A stretch of 59,225 nt of DNA, counting the filler. It is 5 parts of 5 records of this genome, joined end to end, with 100 filler letters (N's around TTAATTAATTAA, not from the genome) between each part and the next. Parts side by side here need not be neighbours in the genome. Positions count along the whole stretch, not along the records: positions 1 to 8,502 come from DRR723986_7014; positions 8,603 to 35,555 come from DRR723986_7016; 3 more parts are not named here. One strand, given 5' to 3'. The notes below the pieces were generated by a model. The model saw only the letters and a program-made list of their open reading frames with translations, did not search any database and was not told the DNA's origin. A program made the position numbers and the translations under genes. Shown one piece after another: positions 1-9,355 of this stretch (within the stretch, counting starts at the first letter, position 1; every line of letters starts with the position of its first letter).

Positions 1-30
1 CATTTTCGCTCCGGTCATCTGACGTGTCAT
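1..30 (-). CDS. ilvI: Acetolactate synthase large subunit, first 10 codons only (runs off the window)
   Basis: Minus strand reads ATG ACA CGT CAG ATG ACC GGA GCG AAA ATG = MTRQMTGAKM, the N-terminus I recognise from Rhodobacteraceae AHAS large subunits. A GGAG Shine-Dalgarno and a branched-chain amino acid attenuator lie upstream. Confidence 0.8.
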   Translation of the reverse strand, partial: MTRQMTGAKM

Positions 31-66
31 TGCCTTGCTCCGTTTTGAACGCCACATAATTTAGCC

Positions 67-97
67 AAGAAAAAGCCCCCGTCTTTCGATCGGGGGC
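67..97 (-). terminator. Attenuator terminator hairpin upstream of ilvI
   Basis: Minus strand GCCCCCG-A-TC-GAAA-GA-CGGGGGC followed by TTTTTCTT. Confidence 0.85.
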
Positions 98-140
98 GCA
101 TGGGGGAACCAACTGGGTTTCCGTTACCGGCCCATGCGCC
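95..140 (-). promoter_or_regulatory. Antiterminator of the ilv attenuator
   Basis: Perfect 10-bp inverted repeat GGCGCATGGG (95-104) / CCCATGCGCC (131-140). One arm lies in the leader ORF; the other overlaps 3 nt of the terminator stem. Confidence 0.75.
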
Positions 141-171
141 ATGTCCCTAGAATTACCACGACAGATGCCAT
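124..171 (-). CDS. ilv operon leader peptide (MASVVVILGTWRMGR)
   Basis: 15-codon ORF with a VVVIL run and an AAGAAGGGG upstream purine tract, placed immediately before the antiterminator and terminator. Confidence 0.85.
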   Translation of the reverse strand: MASVVVILGTWRMGR

Positions 172-337
172 GTCGGCCCCCTTCTTGACGTTGCCGCACC
201 ATATGTCTGAGGGGGTGGGGCGTCAACCGCGAAAGCGCAAATAATGTCGCATGGACGGTCAAATATTTGCAAAAATTGCGCGATGTCGGGCCAAGGGCGC
301 GTGCGCCCCCGTGCCCATTGGCAATTTCGCCACTAAA

Positions 338-1159
338 TCAGCGTGAAATCGGGCGCAGGCCAGGCAGTTTTATATTTGCCACCTGTTCCGAGATTGGATC
401 GGTAGACAGCGGGTGCATGCTGTCATCATAGGCCTGTGCATCGCACAAGGGCGCCCAGGCACCGCCTGAATACACCTCAAGCCCCGAAAACCGCGCCTTA
501 TAGCCCATTTTCGGGCTGCCCGGCACCCAATAGCCCAGATAGACATAAGGCAGGCCCGCCTCGCGCGCGATTTCGATATGATCCAAAATCACATGGGTGC
601 CCAGGCTGTTGGCCTGCAATTCAGGCTCGTAAAACGAATAAACCAGGCTGACCCCATCATCCAGCACATCGGTCAGGCACACGGCATGCAGGGCGTTGCT
701 GTCTTGGTCGGTATATTCCACCACCCGCGTGCGGATTTGGGTTTCTTCGACCATGGCGGCGAATTCAAACACATCCATATCGGCCATACCCCCATCGGCA
801 TGGCGCGAATCCAGATAGCGGCGAAACAGATCGTATTGCTCTTCTGTGGCCCAAGGCGCGCTGGCCTTGCGGCGCAGATGCGCGTTGCGGCGCAGGGTGC
901 GTTTTTGCCCGCGCGTTGGCTGAAAATCAGCCACCTTGATGCGGGCCGACATGCAGGCCGTGCATTCCACGCAAGCGGGCCGGTAAAGCACGTTTTGCGA
1001 GCGGCGAAACCCCTGTTTTGACAGGCTGTCATGCAGCCGTTCTGCGCCCTCGCCCTGCAAGGCAGTGAACAGCTTCCGTTCCATCCTGCCGGCTAGATAG
1101 GGGCAGGGCTGCGGGGCTGTTACATAAAACTGCGGCGCAAGGGGCGGTGTATGGCGCAT
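338..1159 (-). CDS. bpt: Aspartate/glutamate leucyltransferase (ATE-like arginyltransferase family)
   Basis: [23 protein letters not shown] and YLGYWV motifs; start moved to MRHTPP. Confidence 0.9.
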   Translation of the reverse strand: MRHTPPLAPQFYVTAPQPCPYLAGRMERKLFTALQGEGAERLHDSLSKQGFRRSQNVLYRPACVECTACMSARIKVADFQPTRGQKRTLRRNAHLRRKASAPWATEEQYDLFRRYLDSRHADGGMADMDVFEFAAMVEETQIRTRVVEYTDQDSNALHAVCLTDVLDDGVSLVYSFYEPELQANSLGTHVILDHIEIAREAGLPYVYLGYWVPGSPKMGYKARFSGLEVYSGGAWAPLCDAQAYDDSMHPLSTDPISEQVANIKLPGLRPISR

Positions 1160-1233
1160 GGAATCCGTCGTTACTGGTTTGGCAGGCAGCCTAGCAACAC
1201 AGTTTGTGGCTGCCAAGGGCCATGCGCGCAGGC

Positions 1234-1671
1234 CTAGCGGCCGGCGCGCCGGTTCAGCGCGACGGTGCCCAACACATGATCGCTTAACCCCTGGCCGCGG
1301 CGCGATGTCAGCATCAAAACCACCGATGCCACCTGCAACAGCGGCATGGCCCAGCTGATCGTGTAGCCCAGCGTATGCAGCACTGCCAAACCGCCCCCCA
1401 TGCGCAGGCCCGACGCATCGCGAAATTCAATGGCCATCACCCGCATGCCAAATGTCGCGCCCGCATTGGCCAGCGTGACCACCCGATAGGCAAAGCCCAG
1501 CACCAGATAGAGAAGCGGAAAGAAAAACAGCCCCGTAAAGGCGGTGAAGGGCAGCACCAAAACGCACAAGGCAATGATGATGACGGTATCAATAAAAAAC
1601 GCCAACAGCCGTTTGCCCGGCACATCGGCGTAGAACTCGGGGTGAAAATCAGGGTCGGGCAGGGTGCTCAT
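1234..1671 (-). CDS. RDD family membrane protein
   Basis: [15 protein letters not shown] and C-terminal LSD motifs with hydrophobic segments. Confidence 0.85.
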   Translation of the reverse strand: MSTLPDPDFHPEFYADVPGKRLLAFFIDTVIIIALCVLVLPFTAFTGLFFFPLLYLVLGFAYRVVTLANAGATFGMRVMAIEFRDASGLRMGGGLAVLHTLGYTISWAMPLLQVASVVLMLTSRRGQGLSDHVLGTVALNRRAGR

Positions 1672-1763
1672 TAACCGGGGGTCCTTGGTGGGCCTAGGCG
1701 TGGGCCTGTGTGTGGCAGCTGCGATAGGGGGTGCCCACCCCGGTGCGGGGTGGGCTTTGGCCG

Positions 1764-2219
1764 TTATTGGGCCGTGTCGTTGTCGTCGTTTTGGCGGGCG
1801 GCTGCGCGGCGGTCGCGGTCGTCCATGAACTGGTCAAATTCGGCTTTGTCTTTGGCTTCGCGCAGCCGCTCGAGAAAGCTTTCAAACTGCTCTTGCTCTT
1901 GCTCAAGGCGGCGCAATGTATCGGCCTTATAGGCGTCAAAGGCGCTGTTGCCCGAGGGTTTCATGGCGCCATAGGCGTGTTTGGCCATGCGGCGGCTGCT
2001 GCGTTTGCACGAGGTCATTGAAAACATGTCACGGCTCCATCGGTTGGTGTAGGTGATATAAAAAACAAGCGCCAATCCCACGGGCCAGAAGAACACAAAC
2101 CCCAGCACCATGGCTGCAATCCATGCCCCCCGGCCCTTGCGATCCAGCCAGGCCTCGGCGCGGCGTGCCCAGCCCATGGGGGCAACATTGGTGGCGGGGA
2201 TATCTGCGGCTAGGGTCAT
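1764..2219 (-). CDS. DUF2852 domain protein
   Basis: WIAAMVLGFVFFWPVGL, SGNSAFDAYKADTLRRLE and AKDKAEFDQFM motifs. Confidence 0.9.
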   Translation of the reverse strand: MTLAADIPATNVAPMGWARRAEAWLDRKGRGAWIAAMVLGFVFFWPVGLALVFYITYTNRWSRDMFSMTSCKRSSRRMAKHAYGAMKPSGNSAFDAYKADTLRRLEQEQEQFESFLERLREAKDKAEFDQFMDDRDRRAAARQNDDNDTAQ

Positions 2220-2237
2220 CGTTGATCTCCAGTGGTA

Positions 2238-2315
2238 AAGTTAATGCCTTTTACATTAGCCAAGATGGGGGCTGGCTTGCGCCTGCGCAAGGGGTGATGT
2301 AAAACTTTTTAACAT
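2238..2315. promoter_or_regulatory. Two near-palindromic candidate operators upstream of DUF2852
   Basis: AAGTTAA-N5-TTTACAT (2238-2256) and ATGTAAA-N5-TTAACAT (2297-2315). Confidence 0.5.
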
Positions 2316-2397
2316 TGCCGATGAAAAAATTTAAATCGACTTAAAAACAATGGTTTGTCAGGGGTTCTAGGGGCCTGAAGGCCGGTTTTTCGCGGGT

Positions 2398-2865
2398 TTA
2401 TTTGGTAAAATCAGCCACCACAGCACCGCACAGGCGGGGCAAATCTTGGGGGCAAAGGGCAAAAACATGGTTTGGCGTGCCCGCCGCGGCCCACACTTGG
2501 CCAAATGCCATCAATCGCGGGTCGGCCCAGGCCCGTATGGGCGATAGATGCCCCACCGGGCTGACCCCGCCAATGGCAAAGCCCGTTTGCGCCCGGATCA
2601 GCGCGGCATCGGCCTTGCCCAGGGGTTGGCCCGCCAGCGCGCTGGCCTTTTGCGGGCATACCTGGTTTCCGCCTGCGGTCAGAAACAGCACCGCATCGCC
2701 GCTGGTTTCAGCGCGAAAGATGATGGATTTCACAATTTGATCCAGGCCACAGCCCACCGCATCGGCGGCCTCTTGGGCGGTGCGCGCGCCTGCGGTTTCA
2801 ACAATCTGGGCCGCCAGCCCCGCCTCATCCAGCGCGCGCCGCACCCGTGCCATGCTTTTGCTCAT
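2398..2865 (-). CDS. YbaK/EbsC family aminoacyl-tRNA deacylase
   Basis: QIVKSIIF and TGFAIGGVSPVGH motifs; start MSKSMARV. Confidence 0.9.
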   Translation of the reverse strand: MSKSMARVRRALDEAGLAAQIVETAGARTAQEAADAVGCGLDQIVKSIIFRAETSGDAVLFLTAGGNQVCPQKASALAGQPLGKADAALIRAQTGFAIGGVSPVGHLSPIRAWADPRLMAFGQVWAAAGTPNHVFALCPQDLPRLCGAVVADFTK

Positions 2866-2963
2866 ACTGCTGTGCCCCCCTTTGCTGGCGCCAAACTGCA
2901 CCACAAAACCGGCCGGTGCAATCGTGGCATATTGCATCCGCCGCCCCCCCGTGGCCTAGATAG

Positions 2964-5759
2964 ATGATGGATTTTGAAACCCGCATCACCCGTATGCCTG
3001 TGCCCTATGATGGCGATCGTGGCCGCGAAGCGCGCGCCGCTGTGGCGCCGCTGCAAGGCGATCTGGCACGCCTGATCGAAGGGGCCTGTGGGTGCAGCCC
3101 CTATCTGAAAACCTTGGTCGAGAAAGAGGCCGCCTGGCTGCCTGGCGCGCTGGCCGCGCCCGAGGCCGCACTTGCCACGGTTCTGGCCGGTATCGCCGAC
3201 GCGCCCCCCGATCAGCTGCCCGCGCATTTGCGCCAGGCCAAACGGCGCGTGGCGCTTTTGGCGGGCCTGGCCGATTTGGCGGGGGTCTGGCCGTTGATGC
3301 AGGTTACAGGGGCGCTGACGCAGCTGGCCGATGCGGCAGCGCATGCGGCGTTGCGCGCCTGTGTGGGGGCCGAAATTCGCCGGGGTAAATTGCCCGGCGC
3401 CCAGCCAGGCGACGCCGAAACCGCCGGCGGCATGGTGGCGCTGGCCATGGGGAAAATGGGCGCCTTCGAGCTGAATTACAGCTCGGATATCGATTTGATT
3501 TGCCTGTTTGATGAAACCCGTTTCGCCCCGGGTGACTGGATCGAGGCGCGCGCCGCCTTTGTGCGCGCCACCCGCAAGATGGCGGCCATGCTGTCGGATA
3601 TGACGGCCGAGGGCTATGTGTTTCGCACCGATCTGCGGCTGCGCCCCGATCCGGCCGTCACCCCTGTGTGCATGGCGATGGGGGCTGCGGAAACCTATTA
3701 CGAAAGCCTGGGCCGCACATGGGAGCGTGCAGCCTATATAAAGGCGCGCCCCGCGGCGGGCGATCTGGCCGCAGGTGCCGGGTTTTTGAAAACCCTCACA
3801 CCTTTCGTCTGGCGTAAACATCTGGATTTTGCCGCCATCCAAGATGCCCACGATATGCGCCTGCGCATCCGCGAGCACAAAGGCTTGGGCGGGCCCATCA
3901 CCTTGCCGCGCCACAATATGAAACTGGGGCGCGGGGGGATCCGCGAGATCGAATTTTTCACCCAAACCCGGCAATTGATCGCCGGCGGGCGCGATGCAGA
4001 TTTGCGGGTGCGGGGCACGCTGGATGGGCTGGCGGTTCTGGCCGCCAAGGGCTGGGTGCCGCAGGGCGCCGCAGATATATTGGCGCGCCATTACGTGGCC
4101 CACCGCGAGGTGGAACACCGCCTGCAAATGATCAACGACGCCCAAACCCACGATTTGCCCGGCAATGACGAGGGGTTTCAGCGCCTGGCCTGTTTCATGG
4201 GCGTGGCCCGCGATGAGCTGCTGCGCGATCTGACCGCGCGCTTGACCGAGGTGCATGATCTGACCGAAAGCTTTTTCGCGCCAGATGCCGCCAGCGCCGC
4301 GCCGCCCACTGCGGCGCACAGTTTCAACCCCGAAATTGTGGCCCGTTGGGGCAGCTACCCGGCGCTGCGCTCGGCCCGCGCGGTTGAAATTTTCGAGCGC
4401 CTCAAGCCCGAATTGCTGCACCGTTTGGGCCATACAGCCCGCCCCGACGAGGCGCTTTTGGCGCTCGATGGGTTCTTGGCGGGCTTGCCGGCGGGCGTGC
4501 AGCTGTTTTCGCTTTTTGATGCCAATCCGCAGTTGATCGATCTTTTGGTCGATATCGTTGGCAGCTCGCCCGCCCTGGCCAGCTATCTGTCGCGCAACGC
4601 ATCGGTGTTTGATGCGGTGATCGGGGGGGCGTTTTTTGATGCATGGCCCGGCTGTGCGGCTTTGGCGGCAGAACTGGCGCAGCGCCTGCAGGCCGAGCCA
4701 GATTACGAGGCGCGGCTGGATATGGCGCGGCGCTGGGCCAAGGAATGGCATTTCCGCATTGGTGTGCACCATCTGCGCGGGCTGATCAACGCCACCGAGG
4801 CCGGGGCCCAATATGCCGATTTGGCGCAGGCCTGTCTGCAGGCTCTATACCCGCAGGTGGTGGCGCAATTTGCCACCAAACACGGCCCCCCGCCGGGGCG
4901 TGGGGCTGCGGTGCTTGGGATGGGCTCGCTTGGGGCGGGGCGGTTGGGGGCCACGTCGGATCTGGATTTGATCGTGATCTATGACGCCGCCGGGGTTGAC
5001 ACCAGCACCGGGCGCCGGCCGCTGGCCACCCGCGCCTATTATGCACGCTTGACGCAGGCCATGGTGACGGCCGTCACCGCGCTGACCTCGCAGGGGCGGC
5101 TATACGAGGTGGATATGCGGCTGCGCCCCTCGGGCACGCAGGGGCCTGTGGCCACGTCCTTGGCCAGTTTCGAAAGCTACCAGATGTCTGATGCCTGGCT
5201 GTGGGAACATCTGGCGCTGACGCGGGCGCGGGCGGTTGCGGGGGATGCGGGCCTTTGTGCCGATGTCGAGGCGGTGCGCGCCCGCGTCTTGGGGCGCAGC
5301 TATACGCCCGCGCAGGTGCTGCCCGAGGTGGCGCATATGCGCGCCCGCATCGCCGCGGCCAAAACGCCTGATGGCCCGTGGGATGCCAAATTGGGCGCGG
5401 GGCGGTTGCAAGATATCGAATTGCTGGCCCAGGCTGCCAGTTTGGTGGCGCGCTATCCGGGGCGCGATTTGGGCGCGGCCCTGCAGGCGGGGGCGGCGGT
5501 GGGGCTGTTGACCGCCACCGAGGCGCAAACCCTGATCGCGACTTATGATTTATGCTGGCAAATCCAGTCGGTTTCCAAACTTTTGTCGGACAAGGCGCTT
5601 GATTTGTCGGCCTTGGGCGAGGGGGGGGCTGCCATGCTGCTACGCGAGACTGGCGCCAGATCGATCGATGATTTGGCGCAACAGCTGGCGCGCGCCAGTG
5701 TGCATGCAGCACAGGTTATCAACCGGGTTGTGGGGCAACCCACAGAGGGGGCAGAATGA
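2964..5759 (+). CDS. glnE: Glutamine synthetase adenylyltransferase/adenylyl-removing enzyme
   Basis: Two nucleotidyltransferase motifs (MGKMGAFELNYSSDIDL, MGSLGAGRLGATSDLDL), DLRLRP/DMRLRP, WERAA. Confidence 0.95.
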   Translation: MMDFETRITRMPVPYDGDRGREARAAVAPLQGDLARLIEGACGCSPYLKTLVEKEAAWLPGALAAPEAALATVLAGIADAPPDQLPAHLRQAKRRVALLAGLADLAGVWPLMQVTGALTQLADAAAHAALRACVGAEIRRGKLPGAQPGDAETAGGMVALAMGKMGAFELNYSSDIDLICLFDETRFAPGDWIEARAAFVRATRKMAAMLSDMTAEGYVFRTDLRLRPDPAVTPVCMAMGAAETYYESLGRTWERAAYIKARPAAGDLAAGAGFLKTLTPFVWRKHLDFAAIQDAHDMRLRIREHKGLGGPITLPRHNMKLGRGGIREIEFFTQTRQLIAGGRDADLRVRGTLDGLAVLAAKGWVPQGAADILARHYVAHREVEHRLQMINDAQTHDLPGNDEGFQRLACFMGVARDELLRDLTARLTEVHDLTESFFAPDAASAAPPTAAHSFNPEIVARWGSYPALRSARAVEIFERLKPELLHRLGHTARPDEALLALDGFLAGLPAGVQLFSLFDANPQLIDLLVDIVGSSPALASYLSRNASVFDAVIGGAFFDAWPGCAALAAELAQRLQAEPDYEARLDMARRWAKEWHFRIGVHHLRGLINATEAGAQYADLAQACLQALYPQVVAQFATKHGPPPGRGAAVLGMGSLGAGRLGATSDLDLIVIYDAAGVDTSTGRRPLATRAYYARLTQAMVTAVTALTSQGRLYEVDMRLRPSGTQGPVATSLASFESYQMSDAWLWEHLALTRARAVAGDAGLCADVEAVRARVLGRSYTPAQVLPEVAHMRARIAAAKTPDGPWDAKLGAGRLQDIELLAQAASLVARYPGRDLGAALQAGAAVGLLTATEAQTLIATYDLCWQIQSVSKLLSDKALDLSALGEGGAAMLLRETGARSIDDLAQQLARASVHAAQVINRVVGQPTEGAE

Positions 5760-6028
5760 AAAAGGGCGATGAAAACGACCCAAAGGGCCTGATTTTCGAG
5801 GCCTATCGCATCGAGGGGATCACCTTGCCGGAATGCCGCACGATTTTCTTGGATTGGGCGCTGAGCCTGCCTGCCGAAAAAGAGGTGCATGCCACGCTGC
5901 AAACGCTGTTGGCCCATTACCAGCCCCAAGGCCCCAAGCACCCGATGACGCAGGTCATGACCGAGGGGCTAGAGCAGGCCGCGCGCCCGCGCCGGCGTGG
6001 CGGATGGCGTGCACGCCACCACAGTTAG
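5756..6028 (+). CDS. Small hypothetical protein coupled to glnE
   Basis: ATGA overlap with the glnE stop; DPKGLIFEAYRI...IFLDWALSLP resembles a conserved Rhodobacteraceae hypothetical. Confidence 0.75.
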   Translation: MKKGDENDPKGLIFEAYRIEGITLPECRTIFLDWALSLPAEKEVHATLQTLLAHYQPQGPKHPMTQVMTEGLEQAARPRRRGGWRARHHS

Positions 6029-6052
6029 GCCCGCGCAGCTAGGCCCGCGCGG

Positions 6053-6955
6053 TTAGGGCCTTTCTTGGGTGTCGCGCTGGGCTGTGGCTTGGGCCAATAG
6101 CCAGCTGCGAAAGATCTCGGCATGGGGGTGCTGGCGCCCCTCTTGGGGGCTGAGCAGCCAAAAGCTTTCGCTGGTGGCCACGGGCAGATCAAACGGGCGC
6201 ACAAGCCGCCCGGCGGCAATCTCGCGGGCCACCATCGTGCTGCGCCCCAGCGCCACGCCGCCGCCATGCGCTGCCACCTCGTAGCTCAGCGGCGAGGTAT
6301 CAAACTGCAGCCCGGCGCCCGCATCGGGCACATCGGTGCCGGTGGCGGCCAGCCAAGTGGCCCAGCCTTGTTGATAGCCCATCACATGCAGCAGCGTTTC
6401 ATGGGCCAAATCCGCGGGGCTGCGCAGGCGCTGGGCGATTTGAGGGGTGCAAACAGGCTGCATCGTGTCCCATGTCAGGCGGTCGCAGCGCTGGCCGGGC
6501 CAATGGCCCAAGCCATAAAGGATATCAAGATCATACCGCAGCCCTTCGGTGTTTTCGTTCCATACCGACGAGACAATGCGCAGCGCCACATCGGGGTGCG
6601 CCGCCTGAAACTGCGGCAGGCGTGCCCCCAGCCACCCCAGCGCATAGCCCACGGGCGCGCGCAAGGTCAGCACCTCGCCGCGGCGCCGGCCAAACACCTC
6701 GGCTGTGCCCTCGCCCAGCCGGGCAAAGGCATCTTGCACCTTGGGCAGATAGGCCGCCCCGGCCTTGGTCAGGGCCACGCTGCGGGGCAGGCGCACAAAC
6801 AGTGGCTCGGCCAGGTGATGCTCTAGGTTTTTGACCTGTTTCGACACCGCGGCCTGCGTCAGGTTCAGCTCGGCTGCGGCGCTGGTAAAACTATGGTGGC
6901 GGGCTGTGGCCTCGAAGGCGCGCAGCCAGCTGAGGGGCGGCAGGGCATAGGTCAT
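6053..6955 (-). CDS. LysR family regulator (GcvA-like)
   Basis: LPPLSWLRAFEATARHHSFTSAAAELNLTQAAVSKQVK helix-turn-helix; start MTYALPP. Confidence 0.92.
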   Translation of the reverse strand: MTYALPPLSWLRAFEATARHHSFTSAAAELNLTQAAVSKQVKNLEHHLAEPLFVRLPRSVALTKAGAAYLPKVQDAFARLGEGTAEVFGRRRGEVLTLRAPVGYALGWLGARLPQFQAAHPDVALRIVSSVWNENTEGLRYDLDILYGLGHWPGQRCDRLTWDTMQPVCTPQIAQRLRSPADLAHETLLHVMGYQQGWATWLAATGTDVPDAGAGLQFDTSPLSYEVAAHGGGVALGRSTMVAREIAAGRLVRPFDLPVATSESFWLLSPQEGRQHPHAEIFRSWLLAQATAQRDTQERP

Positions 6956-7164
6956 TGCAAGATCTCCCGCTGCTGTTATGGGCCATTGATCTGGATATGC
7001 GCGCAATCGTGCGACATCTGGCAGTAAAAAAGCGGTGTGGTTTTGCTATTCCAAAGATTGGGGCTTAGGCCCAAAATCTGTTGTTTGTCGAAAGCCCAAA
7101 CAGTGGCGTAAGCGCAGATCAGCGGCCCATTTGCCCAAACGCCGCCCCACAAACGGAGCATAGC

Positions 7165-8268
7165 ATGTTTTCGATCAGCCCCTCGGCCCGCCTGCGGCCC
7201 TCGCCCTTTTTCGATGCCACCGTGGCCGAAGGCGTGACAGCCTTTACCACCTATAACCACATGTTGATGCCCACCTCTTATGGCAACCTTGAGGCCGAAT
7301 ATTGGCGCCTGATCAACGGGGTCAGCCAATGGGATGTGTCGGTTGAGCGGCAGGTGCAGCTGAAAGGCCCCGATGCCGCGGTTCTGGCCCAAATACTGGC
7401 GCCACGTGATTTATCGCGCCAAAAGGTGGGGCAGGGCAAATATGTGCCGCTGTGCAACCATCAGGGCGTGCTGATCAACGACCCGATCTGCCTGAAACTG
7501 GCCGATGATCTGTTTTGGCTGTCGATTGCCGATAGCAACATCTGGTTTTGGGCGCAGGCCATCGCCGCCGAGCGGGGCCTGAATGTCGAGGTCAGCGAGC
7601 CTGATGTCTCGCCCATGGCCATTCAGGGCCCCAAGGCCGAAGATGTGGTGGCCCATGTCTGCGGCGATTTCGTGCGCGATCTGAAATATTTCTGGTTTGC
7701 CGAAACCAGCATTGGCGATATTCCGGTTGTGGTGCAGCGCTCGGGCTGGTCCAAACAGGGCGGGTTTGAAATTTACCTGCGCGATGGCAGCCGCGGCACC
7801 GAATTGTGGAACATTTTCAAAGAGGCCGGCCAGCCATGGGGCATTGGCCCGGGCAACCCCAACTGGTGCGAGCGTATCGAATCTGGCCTGGTCTCGTATG
7901 GTGGCGATAGCGACACCACCACCAACCCGTTCGAGGTGCGCATGGGCAAATATGTGGATCTGGACGTGCCCGATGACACGATCGGCATTCAGGCCTTGCG
8001 CCGCATCAAGGCCGAGGGGCCAAAGCGCCATACGCTGGGGCTGGTGCTGCAGGGCGATGCGCCCATCGCACCTGGCTTTAGCTGGAACCCGATTTTGCAA
8101 GATGGCCGTAAAATGGGCGATCTGACGAATGTGGTGTTTTCGTTCCGCCTGAAAAAGAATATTGGCTTTGCGCTGGTATCGGCAGATCTGGCCATTGGTG
8201 ATGCGGTGCAGTGCCAGATTGGCGGCGCCACGCATCAGGGCCATCTGACCGATCTGCCCTTTTTGTAA
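7165..8268 (+). CDS. GcvT-family THF-dependent aminomethyltransferase/demethylase, DmdA-like paralogue
   Basis: YNHMLMP, WDVSVERQV, NDP, EPDVSP-A-QGP, RSGWSKQGGFEIY and ERIESGL-SYG are shared with DMSP demethylase DmdA as I recall it, but the N-terminal region differs from canonical DmdA. Confidence 0.8.
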   Translation: MFSISPSARLRPSPFFDATVAEGVTAFTTYNHMLMPTSYGNLEAEYWRLINGVSQWDVSVERQVQLKGPDAAVLAQILAPRDLSRQKVGQGKYVPLCNHQGVLINDPICLKLADDLFWLSIADSNIWFWAQAIAAERGLNVEVSEPDVSPMAIQGPKAEDVVAHVCGDFVRDLKYFWFAETSIGDIPVVVQRSGWSKQGGFEIYLRDGSRGTELWNIFKEAGQPWGIGPGNPNWCERIESGLVSYGGDSDTTTNPFEVRMGKYVDLDVPDDTIGIQALRRIKAEGPKRHTLGLVLQGDAPIAPGFSWNPILQDGRKMGDLTNVVFSFRLKKNIGFALVSADLAIGDAVQCQIGGATHQGHLTDLPFL

Positions 8269-8289
8269 GCCCAACCCATAGGAGACACC

Positions 8290-8502
8290 ATGCAAAGCAG
8301 CTATGAAAACCTAAAGGTCACGCGCCATGATGATGGTGTTTGGGTGGTCACTCTGGCCCGCCCAGCCAAGCGCAACGCGCTGAATGCCGACACGATCGAA
8401 GAGCTGGTGGCGCTGTTTTCCGGTGCCCGTGCCGCCGGTGCCGGGGCGATTGTTCTCAATGCCGAGGGCGATCATTTCTGCGCGGGCCTCGATCTGGTGG
8501 AA
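8290..8502 (+). CDS. dmdD: Crotonase family protein, methylthioacryloyl-CoA hydratase-like (5' part, truncated by contig end)
   Basis: [20 protein letters not shown]...[12 protein letters not shown] closely matches my recollection of the Ruegeria DmdD N-terminus; only 71 residues are visible. Confidence 0.65.
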
Positions 8503-8602
8503 NNNNNNNNNNNNNNNNNNNNNNNNNNNNNNNNNNNNNNNNNNNNTTAATTAATTAANNNNNNNNNNNNNNNNNNNNNNNNNNNNNNNNNNNNNNNNNN
8601 NN
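8503..8602. other. Contig-joining spacer
   Basis: N run containing the TTAATTAATTAA all-frame stop linker; composition and gene content change across it. Confidence 0.99.
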
Positions 8603-8608
8603 AAAACG

Positions 8609-8697
8609 TGGGAACCATGCGTTGCAACGAAGCCGCCGAGCTAGTCAACTTTACTAGACAATCCAACACGGCGACTCGCTAAACGCGAGCGTTCTGC
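8609..8697 (+). repeat. attC-like site 1
   Basis: TGGGAAC-CATGCGTTGCAACGAAGCCGCCG...CGGCGACTCGCTAAACGCGAGC-GTTCTGC, 89-bp imperfect palindrome. Confidence 0.8.
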
Positions 8698-8714
8698 TGT
8701 GGATAGGAGTAGAC

Positions 8715-9212
8715 ATGCAAGGCTTCGTGTTTCATGGATTTCTTCTGTTCTCAATTGTCGTGACGCAATCGAGCTGGAGGATCACTGGTGCTCAAGTTAC
8801 ACCTTGGGCGCATTGAAAGAAGAGCGTTCCATGCTGCTACTGGAAGATCATCCAGCTGGATGGCAAAACTAAGTTTGCCTACATGATTCGGATTACAGAG
8901 ACAGAGCTGATCGATCAGAAGCCTAGCTGGCTGAGACTGGAACGAGGCAGACTTTTTGTTAATCACGAAGAGATAAAGCCCAAATCAAATCAACTTCAAA
9001 TCGTTTTTGCTGAAAACGATGGGAAACCGCATCTAATCGTTGCAGACGAAAAGATGGCCAAGACATTACCCAAGCTGAAAGGTGCGGCGTTTCCTAAGCG
9101 CAGCGAATTGTCGACGACAACTGAGCAGATTTGCAGAGATTTCGATCAATTTTGGTCTACGCTAAAATCAACGGTAGAGCACAGGACACAGGACGGGAAG
9201 GCCAACAAGTGA
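8715..9212 (+). pseudogene. Cassette 1 gene, hypothetical, with an in-frame TGA at 8814
   Basis: GGAG-preceded ATG at 8715 with a hydrophobic N-terminus is in the same frame as ORF 8883-9212; a single stop separates the two parts. Confidence 0.55.
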
Positions 9213-9216
9213 GTCG

Positions 9217-9307
9217 GCAGTACCACGAGATGCACCCAAGGCGCGTTGGCAGGTCAACTTTGCTAAATTGAATCACTCTCGCGACTGCGTGATTCCAACC
9301 GTTCCCC
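9217..9307 (+). repeat. attC-like site 2 (degenerate)
   Basis: GCAGTAC-CACGAGATGCACCC...GCGTGATTCCAACC-GTTCCCC, 91 bp; the R'' AAC reads TAC. Confidence 0.65.
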
Positions 9308-9355
9308 GACTGTATGAGCCTCCAGCGAATCTATGCGAAAGCGTAATCATTCACG

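Noticed and set aside
2862-4811. 649-aa antisense ORF over glnE, and similar long shadow ORFs (51535-53331, 54758-56410, 57245-59002, 57822-59189)
   Set aside because: They overlap well-supported genes in GC-rich DNA, have no recognisable motifs, and are expected from codon bias
6026-6060. Short tandem repeat TAGGCCCGCGC (period 14, two copies plus a partial) between convergent genes
   Set aside because: Too short and has no spacers; most likely a local duplication around the stop codons, not a CRISPR or a functional array
8547-8558. TTAATTAATTAA palindrome recurring four times in the window
   Set aside because: Artificial linker inside the N spacers
8814-8816. In-frame TGA as possible selenocysteine or recoding
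   Set aside because: No redox motif context or evident SECIS-like hairpin, TGA is a normal stop elsewhere on this contig, and other signs of decay surround it
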